Positions 27,210-58,054 of a stretch of DNA of 64,000 nt are shown piece by piece; positions within the stretch are counted from its first letter, which is position 1, and every line of letters begins with the position of its first letter. The position numbers were made by a program, and so were the translations under genes. The notes below the pieces were generated by a model. The model made no database searches, was not told the DNA's origin, and saw only the letters and a program-made list of their open reading frames with translations. Source of the stretch: Tubiluchus corallicola (lineage: Eukaryota > Animalia > Priapulida). Location: the NCBI GenBank assembly GCA_030141605.1, contig JAQGDQ010000014.1, positions 248,001-312,000 on the forward strand, in the 5' to 3' direction.

Positions 27210-28551
27210 GGTGTTAAACAAGGATCCCCTTCCTCGTGTTTCCTGTTCACACTCTACGTTAATAAACTTATAATAAACCTCAAGGAAAAGTGCAGACCAT
27301 ACGGTTTTCTAGGGAGGCTTCACTGTTTGTTATTGATGGATGATACTGTTATCCTATCGACGACCAGAGAAGGACTTCTGGAAAAGATAGGCATCCTTAA
27401 AGAATTTTGTCGTGAGTCAGGAATGGTAATTAACGAATCTAAAACCAAATTTATGGTTATTAACGGTAACGAAATGATAAAAGGGTTATTATCCGCGAGA
27501 ACATAGTAATTAGGATATGTGAGTATTACGTTTATCTCGGATCTGTGTTCTGTGCTTCAGGAAAGTTACAGCCCTCACTGGAAAAACATTGCGAAGAAAA
27601 GTTTACCCATGTTCTTAAATATGTATCATTTGTGGACAAAAACTCACTATTCCCATTCTAGGTTAAGAAGAAAGTGATGGACGAGGCCCTGCTATCATCT
27701 ATTTTCTACAGCTGTGAATCTTGGTTGACTGGCAATCTTAAACCGATAAATGTGACGTACAATTCTGTGAGTAAAGCACTGCTTAGCGTCAGGAAAACAA
27801 CCGCTAATGACTTATGTTTAGTCGAGCTAGGATTACCTTCTGCCAAAGCGTACGTTCAAAACGTGCAATCAAAGTTCTTTAGACGGATAATCGAATCGAG
27901 AGCCAACGAGCCCGATGACCCATTTTCAATCGTATGGAATTTGTGCTCGGAAGCGAACAGACCATGTGTACAATATGTGAAAGCTATCCTTCGTAAAACG
28001 GATATTCTCTGACGACCTCGAGAACACAAAACAACATATCAGGGATTCCGAAAGAACTAAACTGTGCACCTATCTCTATCTGTATCCGGAACTATCTGTC
28101 AGTGCAATGTATAGCGTTAAAGTAAATGAGCTCTATAGGATTAAAACATCTCGGTTACGCCTCTCCTCACATAACCTAGCTATTGAGACTGGAAGATGGG
28201 CAAGGATAAAAAGAGAGGACAGGCTATGCTCCTGTTCTGGCTTAAACATTCAAACAGAAGAGCATGTTATCTGTTTTTGTCCACTTACTAATCACCTTCG
28301 TGAAGATAACACTGAACTGAGCTTCTACGATTTGCATGAATTTTTCAATGGAAACCCAAAGTCATATTGTGAATTTGTAAATAACTGTTTAGCGATTTTT
28401 GGACAGTAATGATCATGTTATATGATCAAAAGTCCTTTTTTGTAGTGATCTATGGACTGAACTAAAGTATCATGTTCGACTATCTCTTAATCAGTCAATA
28501 AACACACACACACGCACACGCACACGCACACGCACACGCACACGCACACGC

Positions 28552-28620
<69 letters not shown>
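27210..28620 (+). mobile_element. 5'-truncated, disabled LINE (RTE-X/CR1-L2-like): RT C-terminal half, C-terminal Cys/His motif, 3' UTR and microsatellite tail
   Basis: RT motifs GVKQG/LMDD/YLG are followed by RLRLSSHNLAIETGRW...RLCSC...EEHVICFC and a stop at 28409. AATAAA at 28497-28502 runs directly into a (CA)n tail. TAAA is duplicated on both sides (27206-27209, 28619-28622). The clade assignment is from recalled motifs only. Confidence 0.9.
28503..28620. repeat. Compound microsatellite (CA)n/(CACGCA)n/(TA)n, the LINE tail
   Basis: Read directly from the sequence. Confidence 0.95.
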
Positions 28621-28878
28621 AATGTGTGTGGTGGAAGGAGAGCATGCAAATAAGCCCCACCTGTGGGGTGGAGGGTGTGCATCCAAGTGCATGTGGGCTT
28701 GGATAGCGCATGGTAAGGGGTGCAAGACCCCATGCGGGCTTACTAGCTTACATGGGGGCATGCAAATGTGCAGGATGAAGGGAGGACATGTACATAAGTG
28801 GTAAAAAAGGGGAGGAGGGTGTGCATCCAAACTCACATGTGGGCTTGGATTGCTCATGGTAGAGGGTACAAGACCCCA
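28621..28878. repeat. Diverged satellite monomers distal to the LINE
   Basis: Resumes the monomer (AATGTGT.TGGTGGAAGGAGAGCATGC) where it was interrupted at 27209. Confidence 0.9.
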
Positions 28879-28885
28879 AACACGT

Positions 28886-29547
28886 TGTAGGGTACCATCC
28901 ATGGTTTCACTATGGTTTGATTCACCAACAATGGACTGTCCATCATGAACTTCAGCGTGACTTCAGGTTTGGACGAATCCTCGGACAATGGCGGTAACGG
29001 TAACTACCTCATCGAGCCAGAGCAACGCACTCGTCATAGATCCATTAGCACTGTAAACAATGGCTGTTGACAGAAGACATAGACTGACGAAATAGTGACG
29101 TCTACTGCACTATAACATCAACAATGCAAATCAACCTTTCTGACTCTCCTTTCACAGATGTGAAAGATCAGAAGATGGTCATTTTACGTGACCTAAGCCT
29201 TCCAATAGTGGCCGACTGACTGTCACGATCTTAGGCTATAGCTGTAAAGTATGTATCCTGTACATTTCATACCTGTACAGGTTTCACACATTTGAAAGAA
29301 GCCGCAAGTATCGCAGGTATTCCGGAACACATCCACAAGACGATGGAGTGTTAGTAGGAGTCCTACAAACTACTACACTAATTAGGCTAATAATGCAATA
29401 CTACTATAACTATTATAGTGACTACTATAATACAAATAGATTCCACTAGCAAGTACAACATCTATCACTATAAAGAACTTGACTGTGAAATAAAGAGGTG
29501 ACAAACAAGTAAACAAAAATATCGTAAATAATAGATGGTTTGTCACA
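28886..29547. mobile_element. 662-bp unique insertion with TG...CA ends (possible solo LTR)
   Basis: Interrupts satellite; starts TGTAGGG and ends GTCACA. No matching TSD was found. Confidence 0.3.
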
Positions 29548-30045
29548 CCTGCAAACGTGCATGGGGGAGAGAGGACATACATGTAAACCCCACATGTGGG
29601 GAGGCAGTGGGCATGCAAGCTCCATAGTGGGCTTGGATTACACATGGTAGGAGGGTGGAAGACCCAATGTGTGCTAACTAGCTCACACCTGGACTTTAAA
29701 TAGGTAGGAGCAAGTGGTAGGACAGTGCCAGACTTCACGTGGGCTAACTAGCTCACATATGGGTTTGCAAGTGTGCATGGGGGATGGGGGATGCATGTAA
29801 GCCCCACATGTGGGGAGAAGGTTGTGCATCCAAGCTCACATGTGGGCTTTTATTGCATGTGGTAGGAGGGTGCAAGACCCAATGTTCACTATCTAGCTCA
29901 CAATTGGGCTTTGCACATTTGCCCCACATTTGGGAGAAGGGCGTGCATCCAAGCCCACATGTAGGCTTGGATTGCACATGGTAGGAGGGTGCCATGCTAG
30001 TTAGCTCACATGGTGGCCTGCAAACATGCATGGGGGAGAGAGAAC
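29548..30045. repeat. Most diverged terminal satellite monomers
   Basis: Recognisable CCCCACATGTGGGG and GTGCATCCAAGC..ACATGT motifs with many substitutions. Confidence 0.85.
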
Positions 30046-30709
30046 GTGTATTTAAGTGTTTATCTCTTTAAAAACAAGTTTGCTTTTAGCATAATATTTC
30101 CATCGATTTACCTTCATCTTAAACTGCGTTCATTCATAAATCTAGTGCATAGATAAAATTTAATGTAGAAATTGTAACCGTTTGATAGACTTTGGTTATT
30201 GATCAGATAACAATGTCTACTGATATGTGATGATGATCGATGATCAGCCAAATAGTTCAGGAAAGCAACAAAGGTAACGTATAGTGCAAAAGGTACCGAG
30301 CAAGTAAAAGACTCAACTTGCTTACAGCCTAATCTAAATAATAAGTCAGTCCCGTTACAGAACGAAACAGAAATATGCTGGAATTACTGATCTCACGGCA
30401 AGGGACAAAAAATCGTAAATTCAATAGTTAGATGATTTAAAAAAAATGAGCCAGAAAAATTAACCGAGACAATTGTCTCATTTGCCTCATTGTAGTTACA
30501 GCATGGATAATATTATTGCATATGCTAACTTTAAAAATTATAGAACTACTTCCAGAATATGGCACCCTAGGCACCTGCCTAGGCGTAGAGCCGGTCCTGA
30601 GCCACACTCAAGATAAACTTATTATCATAGTAACAAACATTATAGCCGCATTACATCTATTATTTCTTAATAAGTCTATCTTACAATAGTTCAACCTTCA
30701 TCATCCAAC

Positions 30710-30900
30710 TGTAGAAATAAGTTTTGCAAAATAGGGCGAAAAAGTGCCATTTTTGGAGGTTTTTCGCTCTCCGTTCTTGCCAGTGAGCCCGATTCGAAAA
30801 ATGAACCCCCAATGGTAAAGGACTGGATCGAGACCTTTCGTTTGATATATAGAACGCTGAAAATGGTGCCGTCCTGGAAGCTGTAGCCTAGAATCTTATA
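30710..30900 (-). mobile_element. Dispersed repeat fragment next to (TA)n (possibly non-autonomous Helitron-like), related to 35341-35505
   Basis: Shares the minus-strand blocks TATAAGAT..AGGCTA.AGCT, GGCACCAT, AGGTCT, TTTTTCGAATCG, AAAATGGC..TTTTTCGCC and TGCAAAACTTAT with the copy at 35341-35505. Confidence 0.45.
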
Positions 30901-31019
30901 TATATATATATTATATATATATATATATGTGTGTGTGTGTTTATAAGTGCGTGAGTGCATGTGTACGAGTATATAAATGATTGTATATATAAATATATCC
31001 AGAAACCACCGAAATTAAT

Positions 31020-31470
31020 TATTAGATTAACAAACTCAGGTTACTTCATTTATATTAACAAACTCGGGTTGCTTTATTTATAATAACAAACTCAGGTTGC
31101 TTTATTTATATTAACAAACTCGGGTTGCTTTATTTATATTAACAAACTCAGGTCGCTTTACTTATATTAACAAACTCAGTTTGCTTTATTTATATTAACA
31201 AACTCGGGTTGCTTTACTTATATTACCAAACTCAGGTTGCTTTATTTATATTAACAAACTCAGGTTGCTTTATTTATATTAACAAACTCAGGTTGCTTTA
31301 CTTATATTAACAAACTCAGGTTGCTTTATTTATATTAACAAACTCGGGTTGCTTTACTTATATTACCAAACTCAGGTTGCTTTATTTATATTAACAAACT
31401 CAGGTTGCTTTATTTATATTAACAAACTCAGGTTGCTTTACTTATATTAACAAACTCAGATTGCTTTATT
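31020..31470. repeat. 28-bp minisatellite, ~16 copies, with degenerate copies to ~32150
   Basis: Unit TTGCTTTATTTATATTAACAAACTC(A/G)GG; period 28 (31321/31349). Confidence 0.93.
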
Positions 31471-32406
31471 TGTGTATATTAACGAAGTCAGATTTCTACA
31501 CATATTCGCAAATGAATTACGAACTCGGGTTGCTTTGTTTGTGTATAGTAACAAACAGTAATCACTTTATACACTACAACATCTTTCATTTTACTGAATT
31601 TAAAAATATCTGTGTCTGTGTACTGCTAAACTTGCAGGAGATAAATAAATATTTCTTATATCTTATTTTGCATATATATATATATATATATAGCAACCCG
31701 AGTTTGTTACATATATACATATCCATATACTAATATATATGCATGCACATATTGTATGTATACATATACATTATACCTGTACATATACATATATTAATAA
31801 ACAAAACTCCGTTGCTTTTTAGTGTATATAAGCAAACTCATGTTACTTTATTTGTGTATATTATCCAACTCAGGTTACTTCAGTTGTGTATATAAACAAA
31901 CTCAAGTAACATTATTTGTCTATTAACAAACACAGGTTGCCTTTTGTAAATTTGTGTATATGTTCGTCTATATTTCTGTATATTAATTAAACTAAGGTTT
32001 CGTTATTTGGATATATTAACAAACACGAATCTGGTTGCTTTATTTGTGTATATCCCAGGTTGCTTTATTTGTGCACATATTAACACACTCAAATTGCTTT
32101 ATTTGTGGACATTAACGAACTGAGGCCCTCTTATTAGTGTACATTAATAAACATTCACACAGTGAATCAGCTATCCCCCCACCCGCAGTGGTTGTTGCCA
32201 TTTCCAGGTCGTTCGATGCTGATTTCACAAGAGAACATGTTTGCACGCCACTCAAAGGAATTGTTCTGCATAACTTACAATCAATAATTAAATGAACTTT
32301 GAGCAATAATTATTTCTTACACAAAAGGGGCAAGCTCGATTACTTTCACTCTGGTGTGATGATCAATTAATCATTTTGCTATTTGTCAATCTGCAAAAAC
32401 ATAAAT

Positions 32407-33345
32407 ATGCCGCCAAGTGACCAAGCAAATGCAATTGTGTCTGAAGTTCAGAACATCACAGGTCTGCTAATAGGCATCGTCGTTATAGCTAGCAATGCTG
32501 TCGTCATCACTACTATAGTCAAATCTCCTTCACTGCAATCGATGCCATATTACATATTATGTAACCTAGCATTTGCTGACCTTGGTATAGGAGTCTATGC
32601 TGCTGTTCGCTCTGTAACATTTCTTATTGTTGACCCAGTGGTGGAGAATGTCGTGTGGTGTGGGATACTGTTCAATTCAGGCATGTTTTTTATAGGTGCC
32701 TCACTTGGGTTTTACTTTGCCAGCACGCTTGAAAGATACATCAGCATCGCTCAACCTCTACACTATCATACAGTTCTGACAGATAGACGCTTACGGATAA
32801 CAACCTGGTCTTTGTGGGCAATGTCTTTAGCTAGTGCTGCGGCTAATCTAGTACTATACATTTACAGCGAGCAAGAAGTCTACCAATGTCTGCCATCTTT
32901 AACTGGTTTGTATTTTCACATAAACTGTCTCATACAAGTAGTTGGTTATGGTTTCTCTATTATAATTATAGTCTGGATGTACGCAGGTGTGGCTAGAATA
33001 ACCCTCAGACATCTGAATGCCATAGAAAATTCCACAGTGGAGCGACCACGAGAATTCGACCAACAAACCTGCGAACAATGTCGAGGGAGGTTAAAACTTG
33101 CCAAAGCGATTGGCGTAACAGTCGGATTGTTTTATTTCTGTTGGATACCATTAGTTGTTGCTAACGCAGTGGCGTTTTATTGTGACACAGTGCTGACAGA
33201 CGTTGGTCTTTACTGGTTTCATTTGATGGTATATTGCAATTCTTTTGTCAATGCGATTGTCTACACAGCGAAGATAGAAGATTTTCGTGCGGCACTCCGC
33301 AAGCTGTTTCTTTATCGTGAAGAAACTATCAACCACAACGTTTAA
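32407..33345 (+). CDS. Intronless rhodopsin-like (class A) GPCR, 312 aa, orphan
   Basis: Seven hydrophobic segments; TM1 SN, TM2 NLAFADL, TM3 LERY..I..PLHY, TM6 FYFCWIP, TM7 NSFVNAIVY. ATG at 32407; AATAAA at ~33456. Confidence 0.92.
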   Translation: MPPSDQANAIVSEVQNITGLLIGIVVIASNAVVITTIVKSPSLQSMPYYILCNLAFADLGIGVYAAVRSVTFLIVDPVVENVVWCGILFNSGMFFIGASLGFYFASTLERYISIAQPLHYHTVLTDRRLRITTWSLWAMSLASAAANLVLYIYSEQEVYQCLPSLTGLYFHINCLIQVVGYGFSIIIIVWMYAGVARITLRHLNAIENSTVERPREFDQQTCEQCRGRLKLAKAIGVTVGLFYFCWIPLVVANAVAFYCDTVLTDVGLYWFHLMVYCNSFVNAIVYTAKIEDFRAALRKLFLYREETINHNV

Positions 33346-33694
33346 ATTCTAGTGTGACAAAAATGTGCTTGCCATCAAGTTCTGGTGCAGCAAACTTTTT
33401 ATGAACTAAGTGAAAAATAGCACGAGCAACACACTGACGGACAACATTGGTATCTAATAAACAAATTAATTAGTGAATCATTTTGGAAGAAATTTTCCCA
33501 ATATGTGCCAAGATAGGCTAAAGATAAAACACAGATACACATCTACACATCTACACAGTGAATTATATTTATACAAGTTCTTAGTGGACACATTTCTTAT
33601 ACATTAATTATTCCACATATACAACAACATCGTTTAGCTGGTGTACTATACACAAAACAAGCTGCTAAATTAAATGAAATGAAAATTTAAAATA

Positions 33695-52998
<19,304 letters not shown>

Positions 52999-53715
52999 CT
53001 GTAATGAAAAGTAATTAAAATGCAATAATAAATAATAAATTTACAATAGTAGAAGAGTAAGCTTTTAACAATAATCACTAATCTCTTTTATTTGGAAAAT
53101 AATGCAGTTTTAAGAATAGATATCTTTGCATAGATAATGTTCTAATATTTTACCAATCCAAATAACAATCTGACTGATTATTTTTATACCATGTTTAACC
53201 CTGAAATAAATGAGGAAGCTTAAAAAAATTAAAAAAGCAAATAAATCTATCACCAGGAACTTCACTCCATAACTCCATTTGCAGTGTTTACTGTTAACAC
53301 TTTTTACAGTGCTTACTGATTGTTTTGGAAATTTGCCTGAGCAAATTTCACTGGCTGCTGCAATCATCTACTAAATTACTTAATGCTTATACGTGCAATT
53401 CTCAAAATACTTTCTTATTTTCTTTTTGTTGATCCACAACGCAAAGATGCACAGCTACAAGTACACATAATACTAAACCAACAGAAGTACAATAAATAAA
53501 TGATTTTTTGCACAAAGTTTTATGCCAGGCCTCGAAATTTCAGAAATTTACCCAACACCTAGACCTAGACCCAACCCAAGACCTAGTTCTTCTGGCATCT
53601 GGTTTGTGTAAACTTGTCTTTAGGTTACCTAAACTTATGGCTTAACCCATTAAGTCAAGCTTAGGTCGACCTGCGGCATGATGCAGCTCACCTCAACTGA
53701 CAGGAAACAGCCATA

Positions 53716-54373
53716 GGGTGCGTATCAACTGCAAAAGCAATAGACCGCAATAGACATCTTCCGTCTGTTTTCCTCAGAAAATTTCTGTCAGTGCAATTTG
53801 CATACGTTTTAATGCATGCTGTATTCAATGTTTCTGCACAGAAAGGCATGTAACTGTACAGACACAAAAAAAGTCTGTCGTGACAGTTTTTTCTGAACAG
53901 AAACTCCCAGATTCACTACTGTGCAGTGTACAGTCACTCCAGGAAGAATGGATGACGAAGCATTCATTATTGTGGTCCAAGCACGCTGAGCATTGTATGA
54001 CGAAGGCAATCCGAGATATTCTAATACACACTTATTGTGGCAAGAAATAGGTTTAATACTCGGAACAGGAGGTACGATTAATTATCAGAAACAAGTTATC
54101 AGTTTCTTGTGAGTTTGATATCAAAAAATATAGGCTAAATGTTATTTTCGTTCCTTCCTGATACTTCCCTCTTGAGAAGCCAGTGGATTAGGAGTTTTCT
54201 TTTATGTTTAGAAAGGACAGTCATTTCTTCAACTGCAGCCATATACTGCATTTATTTTGGTGTCTTTTTGCGGTGAGCGCGTGTTTAGTGGATACAGTTT
54301 TAGCAACGGATTATGTAGGATGGAAAAATTCTGTTTCCGTGCGTGTCTGTGCGGACTTAGTGGATACGTAGCC
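53716..54373 (+). mobile_element. PIF/Harbinger-like non-autonomous DNA transposon relic
   Basis: Imperfect 15-bp TIRs GGGTGCGTATCAACT / reverse complement GGCTACGTATCCACT (12/15) flank a MADF-like pseudo-ORF. The TSD is not conserved. Confidence 0.6.
53948..54071 (+). pseudogene. MADF (Myb/SANT-like) domain fragment with in-frame stop
   Basis: MDDEAFIIVVQAR*ALYDEGNPRYSNTHLLWQEIGLILG fits the MADF pattern LI..V..RP.LYD...P.Y.N...W.EI...L; followed by a GT. Confidence 0.65.
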
Positions 54374-55429
54374 AAGGCACATGCTCATGTCGACTGCAAC
54401 CAGGAAGATACGAGTTCCCATGAATTGCAGCATTACTCAGTTGACGACGACACTCGAAGCGTACCCGAATGAAAAGAATTTTTGACCAGGCCACAATCAT
54501 CATCAAACAATGCTCAGGTTAAACCTCTATGGATAGCATATGCTGTTAGTAGAACATGAGAAACTTGCTGTAACAGAGGTACATCGCGTTGTGTGCATCA
54601 TAAGCTTGTTGATGTTGAATGGATATACTCGGAACGGGCGGCAAGTTGTGCGAATTGCCGAGTATTCAGTTGCTCTCAGTTGTACTGGGTAGCAAGGCAG
54701 ACAAATGCGACAATATGATTGTGTGAAAAGTGTCATTAACAAGTTAATTTGCATTATAAAAATAAAAGGATGTATTATATATAGCTTAATCTATGATATA
54801 AAAAAATTTAAAATAGCACTTTTCACAACTTACATTTCATTTCCACATATACTGACATTTCAAGAGCTTATGTCTCTTAGGTAGTAAGCGAAAAGTACAT
54901 GTCTTTCAGGAGATAGCACAAAAGAAATATGACTGTAATTTGACTACTTAGACAGCAAACCTACTGTTGGACAACTGTGAAACTGCCATGGCGACAATAG
55001 CTGTGACAGCTTTTGCTTCACTCTGGCGAAGTGACAGCTCAACTACAGTGCCACATGTAGTGCAACTAAGGCATGTGCCGTATGCCGATTAGTGTAACAA
55101 ATTATGTTCATTAATATTTTTCCAAATAGTTTTTAAAGTACAGTTTTGGCAAGAATACTTTGTTAGGACAGTACACATAGCCTGACAAATAATACTGAAC
55201 TTGACAGTAATACTTACTAAAGATATAAGTTAATAGGATCCACATGAATGAAAGGCTGTTCAATATTCAGGCTAATTTTTTTAGGTAACCTAGGCGTAAT
55301 GTGAACAGTGGACTGTTCATGTGAAATTTCAAGGGCTCGAAATCAGCTCCAGTAAAATAGCAGTTAATATACATTTTATATAGCACTTAATGTATTATGT
55401 ATTCTAAAACAGTGACTGTAACAGAAATT

Positions 55430-55530
55430 GGATAAAGTTTACAATTCCCCACACAGCAGATTAGGGTTAGGGTTGGGTTAGGGTTAGAGCTAGGGTATTT
55501 GAATTGTGTGGGGAATTGCGAACTCCTTCC
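55430..55530. mobile_element. 101-bp MITE with 8-bp TSD and internal (TTAGGG)n
   Basis: TSD CAGAAATT at 55422-55429 and 55531-55538; ~26-bp imperfect TIRs with a perfect CAATTCCCCACACA block; ~6 TTAGGG-like units inside. Confidence 0.75.
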
Positions 55531-56450
55531 CAGAAATTTTGTTTTCTTTTAATCCCCACACTTCAGTTTTAGCTTTGGTGGAATTGGGGTATATGACTGG
55601 GCAGTCTGAGCTTACGTTATAGGGAAAAGCCTTATTATCAAAATTGTGAGATTGGCAGTATTTAGCCAACAGTGTCCTATAATAAAACTACCCACAACAC
55701 TTTGTCCAGAAGCAAATTTTTTACATCTCGATCAAAAAAGAAAATCACTTTACTACTTGATGGATTTACAAGAAATGTGCTTTTAAAATTAATGAATAAC
55801 CAACCAATTAATGAATAACGAACTACTAACCTTTTGTTGATAGAATGCATATAATCTTTCCACCAGATCAGCTTTCAAGCCTCAAAAACAAATAAAAAAT
55901 GTGATAAGAAATAGCTAATTCTCACAGTGTCTTAATACAAAGTATGGAAATGTGTAAATTAAAATTGCACTAGAGCTATACTTATAATATCTTTCTGCAG
56001 GACAAGGGCAAGGCGATATTGCCTTGTCTATCGATTGGATAAGGATCCGAAAATTACTGATACAAGGAATGTTATCAGTATTCAACTGCACAGCATGGAT
56101 GGTGTAACATATCAGCTTTGTCATAAAACATTATTTATCGGCATTAAATTGTTATGGCGAGAGCACTCTGGCTTCAATTGTGCCAGCACATTCCTTAGTG
56201 ACATCAGTTACTTTCTACTTGTAAGGTAAGCTTTATTATGTTACTGTTAATCTCCAGCCAATATGGGCTTCTTTGTTGGAGGCAGCTCTAATGTTACCAT
56301 CTTAAACTGATGAGTCTGTTTGCTGTAAAACTTACAGTACTGAAATATTAAAGGAAATCTAGTTGTGCAAAATCATGGTGACTTTGCATTATTTTCGACA
56401 CAAAGATCGGACAATAACGTGACCCAAAGGAGAGACTTTTATTTCGACAT

Positions 56451-57456
56451 AAGCGCCGCTTAATGGACTCACGGTAAATAGACTCAATCGCTTAAATGAC
56501 TCAAAACCGCCTGGTATGGTCCGCTTTTATTCAAATGTAAATAAAACCTATCGGTAATTGACTCAAATAACTCCGCATTACTGACTCAATATTTTTCCTT
56601 CAAATATTTAAAATAAGACATTTGTATGTGCCCAAAGAGCCTTTCCTACTTTTATGTCATCTTTACTTCACTTTTGTGCACTGTAATATGTGTAGAAACT
56701 AAGGAACAATCATGTTAAGTACCGTTTCGTATGTAAGCAGGTACGTTTACCATGCGCTAATATGCTGACGTAGCGGTTTTGGTTTGAATCTGTTACCCAC
56801 TCGTAAACTGCAATTAACCTCGTTACCCAGGAATTTCTGGAAGCTAAACATTCAATCACTTGTCTAGCGGTTTCCTTTTGAAAAGCTTTCGTTACACATC
56901 AAGTTTTTAAACTTAATCAGATAACAATCAAAGATGCAGGTACAGTAATCAGTCAGTATTCCTTGGCTCACAAGAGAAAACATCATGCAGCAAATAGGAG
57001 CATAATATTAAAAAGTTTGAAAAACTGTAGCTCAAGCACGCAAAGCTCTAAATGTTTTACGAGAATACGTGCATCCCACAGCATCAGATTTCCAACGTTT
57101 TTTATAATTATGAGAACTTTGTGATAAGATGCATCTACCGACTATAAAATTTTTTTTTGCAAACTTTGGAAAATAAACAGACTTGTGTGATTTAGAAAAG
57201 GGTACTTTTTAATTTATTGCTAATTCACTTAAATATAAATTAATATTTTAAAATACTTTTTTAATTTTTAACTGCACAAAGGAATTTAGGCATTACTTCA
57301 TTTCTAAAATTCATTAAAAACCTTTGCAGTGCATAGTAAGCTGGTGTCTCATATTTCTTCTATACCAATAACTACACCAATCGGTTAATAGGTTCAGTAG
57401 GTTAACTGAGTCAAAACACTTCAGTCCCAAAGCGCGTCTATTAAGCGGCACCTACT
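56451..57456. mobile_element. Tigger/pogo-like MITE, left terminus eroded
   Basis: Right end reverse complement TA|CAGTAGGTGCCGCTTAATAGAC matches left GCGCCGCTTAATGGAC; repeated GACTCA subterminal motifs. Confidence 0.5.
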
Positions 57457-58054
57457 GTACTTTATGTATCGCATGTATCATCCCATCAAATTTTATAATA
57501 GTTGTCTTGTTCTGCAAAAACACTTAGATGCATGGTACATAAATGGGAGCAGGACTGCCTAATGCATTTTAACAGTGACAAGAGTGACTTCATTAGTTTT
57601 TCCATGATTGTTCTAAAGTTACAAACCACCAGTATGTTCTAGATGATAAAACACTAAATATGGCTTGACTAATTCAATACTTAGGTGTCACAATCTCGAA
57701 AGATTTAAAATGGAGAACATAAAGAAGGAATCAAAGGCGTGAACGTGTTAGGCATTCTGCGCAAAAATTGCAAGCATTGTCCAAGCCATGTCAACGGCTT
57801 TGTCCAGAAAATGTGCAAATCAGCATTAAGACCAAAATTAGGCTGTACTTCTTCGGTATGGGACCCACGTACACGAGTAATAACTCGGAGAGTGCAGCAT
57901 AGGTAAGTAAAATTTTGACCTGACAATGGACAGGAATTGTATAAATGTACACTAGATAGTGTTATATTGTTGCCACAGTGGCATAGCCAGAATTTTTGGC
58001 ATCCAGGGCAGGACTTGAGTTTGACAGCCCTATGAAAAATGTTATTCAGAAATA

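Noticed and set aside
28487-28902. VC/VR/AC dipeptide ORFs
   Set aside because: Translations of the (CA)n microsatellite.
55459-55497. Real telomere or chromosome-fusion scar
   Set aside because: Only ~6 units in one orientation, enclosed by TIRs and a TSD.
57975-58030. hAT-like terminus CAGTGGCATAGCCAG (similar orphan ends near 30590 and 63900)
   Set aside because: No partner TIR or TSD could be located.
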